From: a virus
Taxonomy: Duplodnaviria; Caudoviricetes
Reading direction: 5' to 3' (one strand)
Length of the DNA stretch: 63,112 bases
Virus record (IMG/VR): IMGVR_UViG_3300044988_000895
Location: 1 to 63,112 of that record
Within the stretch, counting starts at the first letter, position 1. Each line of letters opens with the position of its first letter. A model generated the notes under the pieces. That model searched no databases. It was not told the origin of the DNA and worked only from the letters and a program-made list of their open reading frames with translations. Below, in pieces: positions 9,039 through 18,907 of the stretch. A program made the translations under genes and the position numbers.

Positions 9039-12000
9039 AATTCGCCTTTCTTCGTATTTCCATCTTGGTAATCTATTATAAATTCAATCTTTTCATTTTG
9101 CTTCAAAGATTCAACAAAATTATCTTTTGGTTGATCTTCTGGTTGATCTTTTGATGCAATAGACATTATTGGATTGATGTTTTCTGAATTTCCTGTCATT
9201 TCACTGCCTCGCCTATCAATTCTGTTAAATGTAACTTCTGGCAAATCAAACTGTTGTCCTGCTATAGTTACATTTTGTGTTTTGGTGTATCTATAAATGG
9301 TGTAACTTTCTGAAGTACCACCAGAAGAGAAAGTCTTCCAATACCTGTCTGAACCTTCGAGAGTTATTGTAGTATTTCCCGATGGATTGTTGCCATCAAT
9401 TTCTTGTATAAAATATAAATCTCCATCAATTTCAATCAAATAATTCTCTTTGAAATAATCATTCTCCAATGGAGTTGATATCAAATTATTGGCTCCATTA
9501 ACAATACCAAGCGAAGATTCTAAATCGCCAACTATTTGAATTTTAAAACCTTTATGACTCATATAGCCAATCTTATTGTCAACTAATCTTTGGAATATTT
9601 CAAGACTTGTTCCAATAACATCGCCATTTGTATAATTTTCAATGTAAAATTGATCGACAGTTCCATCAACAAAACCACTAATCCTATATTCAACACCAGA
9701 AATCTTTTGATAAAACCCAACACTGTAAATATTTCGAACATCATGAAAATCAGAATTTAAAACTTCAGTTCTTCCTCTTGCAGTAACTATAATGCTGCCA
9801 CTTGTAGATGTGAATAATAAATTGTCATCTTTATCGTATGCCTCATAAGAAACAGAACTTACAGATGTTGGCGGAAGTGTTCCATCATCTTGTAATAATA
9901 ATATTTTATTAGGCAGAATGTTTAAGATATCATAAGCTGTTGCTGAATATGCAATAATTTTAATTTTCCACGAACCAGACGAATATCCTTCAGTAACATC
10001 CCAAAGAGATTTAAATTCAGCAAAATCTTTACTGCTATCTGAAAAAGAAAAGATATTATCTTGATATATGTTTATACTACTTGTTGAGTCAATTGGATTT
10101 GAAATCCTAAATGAAAATGCTCTTGAATCAAGTCCTAATAAAGAACCAGCAAATACGGAATTGGTTTCATCCAATGGTTCTGATACTGTATTTACTTCAA
10201 TTGTATTTGCAACAGGATTTTGAATTGTATACTCACCAGCTAAAGTACCACCCAAAACCTTTAAAATTCCTGTTCCATTTAAAACTACGCCAATTTGTTT
10301 AAAATTAACTTCACCAGAAAATAAAACTACACTATCGTTATAGGCAATACCAGATCCAGAATTTACAATAGTAGAACTAGCTAGTGCATTTCTCAATACG
10401 GCAGATGTAGTAAGACCGTTTTTCATGCCCCTATTAAACCACATTTGTGCATTTCCAGAAATGATAAAGTTGCTTTGCTTGTAAGTCATAAGAGCCTCAA
10501 TTTCTTCAATTGGTGGCATTATGACTTCTTCAAAACCTCCATAAATATTCATTACATGTAAAATTGCATGAAAAGGTAAAGATTCACTGAGAACTTCATA
10601 AGCCTCAACAATCCTATCATCACTTAAATTTTTGATTTCTAAATCTATGTTATATTTGCTGCTCAAACTACTAAAGCACGGATCGATGAAATTCTTGTCA
10701 ATATCGCATGGATCATTTGAATTTCTAATCGATCCATTGTATTCATCCATGTTATAAATGTTTTCTGAAAATGGAAATTCTGTTTTTACTTTCCCGAATA
10801 TAACATTGTCATGGAATGGATTTTTTGTCGGAATAATAACATCAAACAAAGGATCTGTTTCTTCAATCAATCTTACATTCCAATTTTTTAATGGGTACTC
10901 TTGATCTCTTTCATCTCTGGTGTCAGAAAGCGATAAAGTTCTTACATAATCTTCTATCGATTGTTCGGAAGGACTATTGATCTCATTATATTTATATACT
11001 AATCTGATCGAATCGCCTTCTTCTAATGTTATTGGATTTACCGAAAGAGTATCACCAATCCATTCTATAGTTGAAATACCATCTATATTTCCAAATTCAA
11101 TATAATCTGATGTTAACAAATCCCATGTGTCACTATCAGAATAACGAATATATAATTCAAAATTATTTAAATCTAATGACAATGCTGTTTTTTCTAATAC
11201 AAAAGTATTTAAATTTCCGTCATAAGTAAACACTTCTTGCCAAGTATAATCGCTAATTACTTGCCACAATCTTGTATACTTTATAAATTTAATTCCAGAT
11301 TGATCCAAGGATTCTATTAGACCACTTATGGTTCCTTTCTTCTTGAAGATTGGCATCGCTCTCTTTATTTGTCTTCTCCACAAATAAGGATCATTTGATT
11401 TAAGCTTCAAGCTGAAAAGATTTGATAGAAATGGCAATAATTTTTCATTCACTACATTTGCATCAAATAAATCAATAATTTGATTCGCATAATCTTCAAT
11501 AATGGTAAATCCATCGGCAGTAGCTAAATTCAATTTGTTTATAACATCTGGAGTTCTATCAAATTCACTAAATCTTATTTTGAATATTTCTGGAGTATAT
11601 CTTTCAAATAAAGTCGCATATTTTTCTGGAACAGTAAAATGCGATGGAACTGCTGTGGCTCTTGTATCGCCTAATAAATTAAATTTCTGATGACTTGATT
11701 TTGTTGTTCCGGCAATTACAGAAGTCCAAGTAAAACAAATGAAATAATCGCCTTCACGATATCCTTGAGCATCCCAAATATATTGAAAATTACCATATAA
11801 AGTATTTCCATTTGCGTCTGTAGACACTTTTGTAATTAATGCATTATCTTGGTCTGTAGATAGCCAAGCTGGAAATTCTGGATTGCCAAGAGTGAATACT
11901 GGTGTTGCATCTTTGTAATAAAATTTTTGTTGCGTAATACTTGATTCGAGATTGACTCTATTCTTTCTGGCTTTAAATATGTTTTCTTCAGTTGGATAAT

Positions 12001-12232
12001 CACAAGCTAATTTCTCAGATTCTAATGTTGTTTGTAGTTTTTCTTTATCATAAATTTCTTGAGTATATTCATTGACGGTTGGATCAATAAAACTTCTTTC
12101 TATAAAATATATTACTATTTTGTCAACCCTATAAGGATCGGACAATAAACAGCCATCATCATCTGGAGTTTCTAACTCAAAAATGATTTCATCAGTTATT
12201 TTTGGATTCTCAGATATTTTTTTTTGTGCCAT
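9035..12232 (-). CDS. Baseplate wedge protein, P2 gpI / T4 gp7-like (1065 aa)
   Basis: LLPFLSNLFSL...IKRAMPIFKKKGTISGL and LPFHA motifs; directly after gp6/J-like gene. Confidence 0.75.
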   Translation of the reverse strand: MAQKKISENPKITDEIIFELETPDDDGCLLSDPYRVDKIVIYFIERSFIDPTVNEYTQEIYDKEKLQTTLESEKLACDYPTEENIFKARKNRVNLESSITQQKFYYKDATPVFTLGNPEFPAWLSTDQDNALITKVSTDANGNTLYGNFQYIWDAQGYREGDYFICFTWTSVIAGTTKSSHQKFNLLGDTRATAVPSHFTVPEKYATLFERYTPEIFKIRFSEFDRTPDVINKLNLATADGFTIIEDYANQIIDLFDANVVNEKLLPFLSNLFSLKLKSNDPYLWRRQIKRAMPIFKKKGTISGLIESLDQSGIKFIKYTRLWQVISDYTWQEVFTYDGNLNTFVLEKTALSLDLNNFELYIRYSDSDTWDLLTSDYIEFGNIDGISTIEWIGDTLSVNPITLEEGDSIRLVYKYNEINSPSEQSIEDYVRTLSLSDTRDERDQEYPLKNWNVRLIEETDPLFDVIIPTKNPFHDNVIFGKVKTEFPFSENIYNMDEYNGSIRNSNDPCDIDKNFIDPCFSSLSSKYNIDLEIKNLSDDRIVEAYEVLSESLPFHAILHVMNIYGGFEEVIMPPIEEIEALMTYKQSNFIISGNAQMWFNRGMKNGLTTSAVLRNALASSTIVNSGSGIAYNDSVVLFSGEVNFKQIGVVLNGTGILKVLGGTLAGEYTIQNPVANTIEVNTVSEPLDETNSVFAGSLLGLDSRAFSFRISNPIDSTSSINIYQDNIFSFSDSSKDFAEFKSLWDVTEGYSSGSWKIKIIAYSATAYDILNILPNKILLLQDDGTLPPTSVSSVSYEAYDKDDNLLFTSTSGSIIVTARGRTEVLNSDFHDVRNIYSVGFYQKISGVEYRISGFVDGTVDQFYIENYTNGDVIGTSLEIFQRLVDNKIGYMSHKGFKIQIVGDLESSLGIVNGANNLISTPLENDYFKENYLIEIDGDLYFIQEIDGNNPSGNTTITLEGSDRYWKTFSSGGTSESYTIYRYTKTQNVTIAGQQFDLPEVTFNRIDRRGSEMTGNSENINPIMSIASKDQPEDQPKDNFVESLKQNEKIEFIIDYQDGNTKKGEL

Positions 12233-12237
12233 TGTAA

Positions 12238-13794
12238 TTATTCGTAAACGAATCCTAATTCAATAATGTCAGATCTAATTATTTCATAAAATTTAGTTGT
12301 AACAATATTTGTAGCCCCTAAAGTTATATCATCTGTATTAAATGTAATATCAACTGATTTAATTTCCTTTAAATCAGAAAATTCTTTTATTAGATCATTT
12401 TCTTTTAATGTTTTGCCATACTCCCAACGATTAATACTGAAAAATGCATCTATTCTATTTGAAATTTTAACTCTAAGCTCATCTTCAAATTTTCGATATA
12501 ATTTATCCATTGTGATTGAAATATTTACATCAACATTAACAACTACTCCGTCTTTTATACAAACATAATCTGTGATCATTTTTTTTGATTCTATGTAAGA
12601 CATCAATTCTGTTTTTAGTTGATCACTAGCAACTTCTAAAGTGTTTTTATCTTTTCTTGAAAGAATATAAAGATCTATAATATTTGCTGCACATCCATGA
12701 TTTCTTAAAACAGCAATAGATTTTCCAATCTGACCATTATATGGTGATACATATAAGTCGGCAAGAGTTTTATAATCTAAACCTGTAACTGCTCTGTCTT
12801 GAGTTCGAAGATACATTGGCAATTTTCTTCGAATGTCTTCAATCGTATCTCCATCATATCCATATTGTGCTTTTGTGTAATTGTTCAAAAATACACCTAT
12901 TGGATAATTTAATCCGGGAACATTAACCAATACAGAACTTTGTGTTGCGTTTGTTACAAGATTTCCAATAGTTCCACCGCCAGTCCTATAATAGATGCTG
13001 ATATTAGATCCTTTGGATGGAACCATACCAGCAACTCCATTTCCAAAAATGAAATATGCTGAAAAATTTGAATCAAATTCAACTCTGTATTCTCTAAATG
13101 GTTGAGACTCAGTGAAATAATCAACTTTATTCCACATAACTCCATCTACAAAAACTTGCATAGAATCATATATGACTGATTGTTTTCTAGATTGAATTGT
13201 TTGATTTCTAGATCCGTTGCTGGCGATTTCTTCAAATATTGTTTTTCCTTGTAGCCCAATAATACTGGCATTTACCACACTATTTGCTGAAATTATAATG
13301 TCTTCATCAAAAATAGGATTTCCATCTGAGTCAGCTGAAAATAATTCTATTTTTACTGAGGTTCCTCCGCCATTGACTTCAAATCCGATTGGCGTTGGTA
13401 TTCTTACATCTGTTGTGATTGGATTGTTTATTGATGCTGTCCAATAACTTTTCGCTGCTACTGGTGGTTGTGGATTGTAACCAACTAGTTTGCAAAGCCT
13501 AAAAGCATTGTCAATTTCAGAAACAGTATCAATGAAAATTTCATTTGCGATTTGATCCAACTTAAATGAAAGTGTATCTGCTATAAATGCCCAATTTTCA
13601 ATAAGCATAATTGCTAGAGATGATTCTACAAAATCTGTAAACTCATTGGAAAATCGTTGCTGTGTGAATTCAATCAATCTTGTTTTCATAGACCAAAAAT
13701 CTTGATTGGTATAATTCAAATTAAACACATTAGGCTTGCCGATTACTTCGGAAGTTGCGTAAGGTTCAATATTAAATGGACAATTATTTGTCAT
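12238..13794 (-). CDS. Baseplate wedge protein, T4 gp6 / P2 gpJ-like
   Basis: YTNQDF, FGNGVAGMVP, YRTGGGTIGN, GDTIEDIR, QDRAVTGLDY motifs. Confidence 0.9.
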   Translation of the reverse strand: MTNNCPFNIEPYATSEVIGKPNVFNLNYTNQDFWSMKTRLIEFTQQRFSNEFTDFVESSLAIMLIENWAFIADTLSFKLDQIANEIFIDTVSEIDNAFRLCKLVGYNPQPPVAAKSYWTASINNPITTDVRIPTPIGFEVNGGGTSVKIELFSADSDGNPIFDEDIIISANSVVNASIIGLQGKTIFEEIASNGSRNQTIQSRKQSVIYDSMQVFVDGVMWNKVDYFTESQPFREYRVEFDSNFSAYFIFGNGVAGMVPSKGSNISIYYRTGGGTIGNLVTNATQSSVLVNVPGLNYPIGVFLNNYTKAQYGYDGDTIEDIRRKLPMYLRTQDRAVTGLDYKTLADLYVSPYNGQIGKSIAVLRNHGCAANIIDLYILSRKDKNTLEVASDQLKTELMSYIESKKMITDYVCIKDGVVVNVDVNISITMDKLYRKFEDELRVKISNRIDAFFSINRWEYGKTLKENDLIKEFSDLKEIKSVDITFNTDDITLGATNIVTTKFYEIIRSDIIELGFVYE

Positions 13795-13795
13795 C

Positions 13796-14224
13796 CTATG
13801 CCCCCAATGGTATTTCTAATTTTAATTCTTGTATTTTCGTAATTTCCAACCTATCGAAAAATGTTATTCTTATAAGTAAAACACTTTCATTTGTAGGATT
13901 TTCATCCAATGGATTCGCACTATCTTTATCTAAACCGCTTTGAATATATATGTTTTCTATTGCTACTCTTGGTTCCCAAGTTCTTATAGAAAATGCAATC
14001 ATATCTCGTGCTTCACGCACAGTTACTGGATCATTAGGATTAAAGAACAACTTTCTTAACGGAGTTCCATAATTAGCCAACATCACTCTCTCTCTTGGAT
14101 TGGTTAGCAATAGAACAATCAAATCTGATTTTATTTGATCGATACCATGTTGAATATAAAAAAAACCTTTCGGAGTTTTTGTAATTGGATATGGAACACC
14201 TTTAAAACTTTTTATATTAATCAT
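13796..14224 (-). CDS. Baseplate sheath-initiator, GPW/gp25 family
   Basis: LLLTNPRERVMLANYGTPLRKLFF, WEPRV. Confidence 0.9.
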   Translation of the reverse strand: MINIKSFKGVPYPITKTPKGFFYIQHGIDQIKSDLIVLLLTNPRERVMLANYGTPLRKLFFNPNDPVTVREARDMIAFSIRTWEPRVAIENIYIQSGLDKDSANPLDENPTNESVLLIRITFFDRLEITKIQELKLEIPLGA

Positions 14225-16470
14225 GAGTTAATGCCTTGTTCGTCAAGATTTCCGTCACATTTATTTTTAGCAAAAGGCAACATACTAAATATGCTCATAC
14301 AAGGATCTTTATCTCCTAAACTACCAATAATTTTTGAACTTGCCCTAATTGCACCAGTAGATGGATCATACATAAGAATCATTCCAATTTTTGGAGAATC
14401 CTCTTCTCCAGCAGTTCCAGCTAATAAAGCTATAAATTCTTTTGCAAAGAATATGTGCGATTTATCTGTCATATTTACATAGTAATTTTTGGTGTAAACA
14501 AGTTTGAATTTACTGATAATTTCAATCTTATTTGCAGGTTTGGAGCAGCCACCAATATCTCCAATAACTTCAATGTGATCATCAGTTGTGGCAACTATAT
14601 GATTTCCAGCAACTCTTAAGAAGACATATCCGGGACCATCTTTCTTTTCTTGATATCTGTGAATATGAGGACCACGACAATTGTCATGGTGAGGACAATA
14701 TATTTGAATATATTGTTGATCAGTTTTTTGTTGATCAAAATCATCACGCATGGAAAATTCAAGACCATAGCCACTTCTAATTTTTACATATGCTTTTTTC
14801 GATAGTGGCTGTGGGTCTCCTCCATGACCAACTGGATTTTGTTCTTCGTTTTGTTTTTCTGGAGAGAGACTTTTTCTCGAATCATAACAATAATCAAGTT
14901 CCTCATCAATCATTTCAAATTGATGTTTACTTGATGTTTGCATGCTTATACCATGATGTTTACCGGCTATGCATTTTTGTTTTTCATGATCGTTAAGCTC
15001 AATTCTATTGCCATGAGCAGTAAGAAGTTTAATCCCATTCCATTCGCTTCTTTTATTTGGTTCATCTTCCAAATCACTCATTTCAATCATATGTCCAGTA
15101 GTAGACTTCATATAAGTTCTACCTTCATAAACATCACCAGCACCAAAATTAAATGGCTTAGTACTTCTTTCCCAATCTGGAATGCCTTCGGGGTGACGAA
15201 CAGAATCATCCATTACAAATGTATGACCAGAAACAGACATTAATTGAATTCCAGTTTGGGGAAGATCACATGTGTTGTTTTGTGGAGTTTCTGGTCCTTT
15301 ATATGGACGACATTCGTTTTCGTGTTTAAAATAAGGATTTTGACCAATTTGATCTTTGTAATGTGTTGATTTTGGATGACCAGTTCTTGCATTTGATTTG
15401 AATTTTGGAATTAATTGCCCACACATGGGAATTTCTGAAGTTTTTTCTATTATTGGTTGAATATTTTTTGCATTTTGCTCTTGGTTTGTTAAAGCCTTGC
15501 CACCGTCACTCAAATCGGTATAACTTTCTGCATTAACATTATCTCCAGAAGAATCAGTTGCTGCGATTTTTCTATCAATACCAATTGATCTTGCCAAATC
15601 TGGATATGGCATTTCTGGAACACCAGCAAGACAACTCACATCATCATCTGGAACTATTTCTTTAGTATTTGGATATGTGACTCTACAATCTGGATGCGCC
15701 CACTGACCACCATAATGAAGATGGTCATCCTTCATCATAATCCAATTACCAGTACTTGACATTAATTCTATTCTTTTCCATCTTCGATTACACTTAGGAT
15801 CTCCATCAACCATTTTAAGCATATGCTTTTCTGGAGTTTTAAATCCATAAATGTTTGGATATGTTATAAGCTTTTGAACTTCTGGTTTATCAGCAAAATC
15901 AAGAATAGATGTTAAATCAAAACCATTGTAAGACTCTGTATTCCAAGGAGGCAAAACTTGCGACCCATCATTTGGACCAACAAGATATCCTTTTCTATGA
16001 CCTTCATGAATCTTGTTATATTCATCCATGAGTTGATTAACACCCCAATTGTGACCTCCGTCTGGACCACGATTTCTAGACCATACAGTTCCAATATAAT
16101 ATGCCGAAGATCGATTACCACTTTCGAAAATTAAAGCAACTGATGATCCTGCAGGTGGAACCCAACTTAAACCAGAATCATCAAATCCTCCCATGGCTGA
16201 AATTGGATTAGCCCAAGGAAGCTCTTTTATCAAAACATTGGCACGGTGTAGTTTTGGATGAAAAAATTTAATTCTATTTTGCTTCCATATGTCGATTGTT
16301 TCAATTACCAAACCAACCATAACACCAAAGAAAGTATCTTTAGTATCTGGAGCTTTATTTTGTTGATCAGACCTAGAAATTGCTTTTGTTGAATAATCAA
16401 CATCTCCAAGTTGAAGCTGCAAACTTTCAATTCTTCTTTCGAGCGTAGCAATTTTTTCATTTAAACTCAT
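14221..16470 (-). CDS. Baseplate central spike, gp5/gpV/VgrG-like with OB-fold (749 aa)
   Basis: LPWANP...WVPPAGSSVALIFESGNRSSAYYIG OB-fold; repeated (S/T)xxGHxxxMxD strands. Confidence 0.85.
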   Translation of the reverse strand: MSLNEKIATLERRIESLQLQLGDVDYSTKAISRSDQQNKAPDTKDTFFGVMVGLVIETIDIWKQNRIKFFHPKLHRANVLIKELPWANPISAMGGFDDSGLSWVPPAGSSVALIFESGNRSSAYYIGTVWSRNRGPDGGHNWGVNQLMDEYNKIHEGHRKGYLVGPNDGSQVLPPWNTESYNGFDLTSILDFADKPEVQKLITYPNIYGFKTPEKHMLKMVDGDPKCNRRWKRIELMSSTGNWIMMKDDHLHYGGQWAHPDCRVTYPNTKEIVPDDDVSCLAGVPEMPYPDLARSIGIDRKIAATDSSGDNVNAESYTDLSDGGKALTNQEQNAKNIQPIIEKTSEIPMCGQLIPKFKSNARTGHPKSTHYKDQIGQNPYFKHENECRPYKGPETPQNNTCDLPQTGIQLMSVSGHTFVMDDSVRHPEGIPDWERSTKPFNFGAGDVYEGRTYMKSTTGHMIEMSDLEDEPNKRSEWNGIKLLTAHGNRIELNDHEKQKCIAGKHHGISMQTSSKHQFEMIDEELDYCYDSRKSLSPEKQNEEQNPVGHGGDPQPLSKKAYVKIRSGYGLEFSMRDDFDQQKTDQQYIQIYCPHHDNCRGPHIHRYQEKKDGPGYVFLRVAGNHIVATTDDHIEVIGDIGGCSKPANKIEIISKFKLVYTKNYYVNMTDKSHIFFAKEFIALLAGTAGEEDSPKIGMILMYDPSTGAIRASSKIIGSLGDKDPCMSIFSMLPFAKNKCDGNLDEQGINS

Positions 16471-16489
16471 ATTATTTTTCCATTTATTT

Positions 16490-17992
16490 TTAATCTGTTT
16501 CGCCTACAAAAGTACCATCTCCAGTATTGTCCATGAAAGGACCTTCAGATCCATCGCCACCAATAGGATCATCAGCACTAAGTTCTGCATTTGGAACTGG
16601 TAAACTTACAGACAACTTAGTTATAAACTTACCAGCTTCAATCTGATGATCTACGCCCATGATCATCCATTTCTTATTTGATAAAATTTTATTTATTGGT
16701 GGATCTGCAAGCCAAGTATCACAATTTGGAGAATCTTTATCACCTATTGAAAATGGACTTATAACTACAATAGAAACAAATCTTCCAATAGTTTCGGTCA
16801 AATAATAAAAATCTTTAGCATTTCCAATTATGCTTAGTTCTCCCTTTATGCTTCTAGCTTGATCGAAAGGTTTATTTGCTGTAGTGTGAGCAGCAGTTGA
16901 TTTTTCTAAAAGAATAACTCTGCTTTCTTGAGGAACAGAGTAATCGTATTCGCTAGGTATTGATTGAGCATTACCAGAACCAGAAGCTTCAATTGGACTT
17001 AAATTGGGATCTTCTTTATTTTTAGCCATTTGGCTAGAAGTGCCGCCACCAGAAACACCACCAAAACCACCAGCATCAAGAATCCATTCTATTTCTGGAT
17101 TAAATTCAATAACTGGACTGCAATTCCCACCATTTACTATATAAGTTTTTTCGACACTCTTGCAGTCGCAATTTTCATCTGGCAGACATTGATCATCCTC
17201 ATGTATGATTAATCTTGGACCAGTTTTTTCTGATGGATCATATTTAAAATATACACCAAGTTCGAATCCTTGAGTTCTTATTATGCTCACCCAATTTCTT
17301 ATAACTGACAAAATAGGCAATTCATTCGGTTTCCAAATTGCTTGAATTCCATCACCACCACCAGTAGGAAATTCAAATTCTAATTCTTCTCCATCCCTAT
17401 TTATAAAAGCAACTTCTATTGGAGGGTCTTCTTCTGCACACATGTCTATGATTGCTTCTTTTAATGTTTTTAAATTTCCTTCTGAACCTTGAATTTTTTC
17501 TATTCTTCTGTCATTATGCCTTTGCATTAAATCTGTACATTCTAATTTTATTTTTGTAATACCTTTATCAATATTTGTAAAAAGCTTTTTAGGCATGAAA
17601 TGAATCCAGTCAGATAGTTCCTCTTTTACTTGTCCGCTTTGACAATCTTTAAGCAACCATCCAAATCTAAATTTATTTTCAATTGTTTCTTTTTCCGCAA
17701 GTTTTATAGTTTTATTGAGAAGACGAACAACATCAGCATAAGCATTTGAGCCTTCTCCCAACAATTCAAATTCAACTTTCATTCCTCCATTTGCTTGTTG
17801 AAGTCCATACTGCATTGAACTTATTACCATTTTATGTGGGCTTTGTTCAAATGAATCATTTCCACAATTTACTTTGAATGTTCCATTTTTCATTTCCATT
17901 TCAACATAAGGAGCATACACCTCTGATTCTGGAGGTATTTCTATAGATCCACATACATATTTTTGTATTTCTTCATTTATTATACAAGCCAT
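16490..17992 (-). CDS. Baseplate hub protein, gp27/gpD-like
   Basis: Between gp53-like and spike genes; C-terminal WMIMGVDHQIEAGKFITKL. Confidence 0.7.
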   Translation of the reverse strand: MACIINEEIQKYVCGSIEIPPESEVYAPYVEMEMKNGTFKVNCGNDSFEQSPHKMVISSMQYGLQQANGGMKVEFELLGEGSNAYADVVRLLNKTIKLAEKETIENKFRFGWLLKDCQSGQVKEELSDWIHFMPKKLFTNIDKGITKIKLECTDLMQRHNDRRIEKIQGSEGNLKTLKEAIIDMCAEEDPPIEVAFINRDGEELEFEFPTGGGDGIQAIWKPNELPILSVIRNWVSIIRTQGFELGVYFKYDPSEKTGPRLIIHEDDQCLPDENCDCKSVEKTYIVNGGNCSPVIEFNPEIEWILDAGGFGGVSGGGTSSQMAKNKEDPNLSPIEASGSGNAQSIPSEYDYSVPQESRVILLEKSTAAHTTANKPFDQARSIKGELSIIGNAKDFYYLTETIGRFVSIVVISPFSIGDKDSPNCDTWLADPPINKILSNKKWMIMGVDHQIEAGKFITKLSVSLPVPNAELSADDPIGGDGSEGPFMDNTGDGTFVGETD

Positions 17993-17999
17993 TAATTCC

Positions 18000-18323
18000 T
18001 CAATTAAAAGTTTCTGGTATAAGTATACTTAAACCTGATTTAAAATCCCAAATATCACGGATATTATTTTTTTCCATTATTTTCCACCAGAACATAGAAG
18101 TTCCATAAAAGTCTTGCGATACTAAGTCTGGTCTATATTCGGTTGATTTATTTATAACAGTATATTTATCTCTATCACCAGATGAAATATTTCGTCTTCT
18201 ATAAAGAGGAAATGTAATATACTTATCTTCACCATAATAAATTACTTTGTTATCTTCATAACGACTTCCTGAAGCAACCATTTTATTAGCTAATATTTTT
18301 GTAATTTCTATTTTATTCGCCAT
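18000..18323 (-). CDS. Baseplate wedge gp53/LysM-like (gpX-like) protein
   Basis: YRPDLVSQDFYGTSMFWWKIMEKNNI motif. Confidence 0.85.
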   Translation of the reverse strand: MANKIEITKILANKMVASGSRYEDNKVIYYGEDKYITFPLYRRRNISSGDRDKYTVINKSTEYRPDLVSQDFYGTSMFWWKIMEKNNIRDIWDFKSGLSILIPETFN

Positions 18324-18898
18324 TAAATACCTCCAGTGCCAGTCACAACAATATCTTCTGCAAATGGTAAACTTGAAGAATTATATACAACTTCAAAATT
18401 TAAACTAACATCAACTTTATATGGACATCCAGTTTCTTCATCCCACGGAACTTGGGAATCAAATTTCACATTATAATCCAACAGTACAACGCATAAAGGA
18501 ATAGTAGCCAAAATATCTTTGCATTTAATTTTCATAATTGGAGGAGGAGCATAAGGAGCAGATGCTCGTTTTGGATAAACATGTGCTTCTAACCATCTTA
18601 GTGTTGTCATTATTGCTTCTGCAGAACGACTACCTGATTTTTTTTGCACAAAAAAATGACATTCAACACTAATATTTCTATTGTCTGAATTTGAATAAGC
18701 TTTGATTGGTGCTGACCTACCAATTCCAGTTTCATCATTGTATTTTGCTGATTTTTTATCACTTATATCTGGAATATTATCAAAATACATTTGTATTGAA
18801 TTATCACTTGCGTATAAATTTCCATTTGCCGACAAATCACTTTGCAAATAACAATCTTCAATCTTTTCTAATCTACCATCGCCATTTGTTGCTCTCAT
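18323..18898 (-). CDS. Tail-tube initiator-like baseplate protein (gp48/gp54/gpU-like)
   Basis: GRSAPIKAYSNSDNRNIS, VYP...APPP, PYKVDVSLNFEV; immediately after tape measure. Confidence 0.65.
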   Translation of the reverse strand: MRATNGDGRLEKIEDCYLQSDLSANGNLYASDNSIQMYFDNIPDISDKKSAKYNDETGIGRSAPIKAYSNSDNRNISVECHFFVQKKSGSRSAEAIMTTLRWLEAHVYPKRASAPYAPPPIMKIKCKDILATIPLCVVLLDYNVKFDSQVPWDEETGCPYKVDVSLNFEVVYNSSSLPFAEDIVVTGTGGI

Positions 18899-18907
18899 TT
18901 TTTACCT

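Noticed and set aside
9035-18898. Bacterial eCIS/T6SS or tailocin locus
   Set aside because: gp2-like protein, T4-like late promoters, capsid-tag-like genes, homing endonucleases and orphan MTases indicate a phage genome; no host housekeeping context
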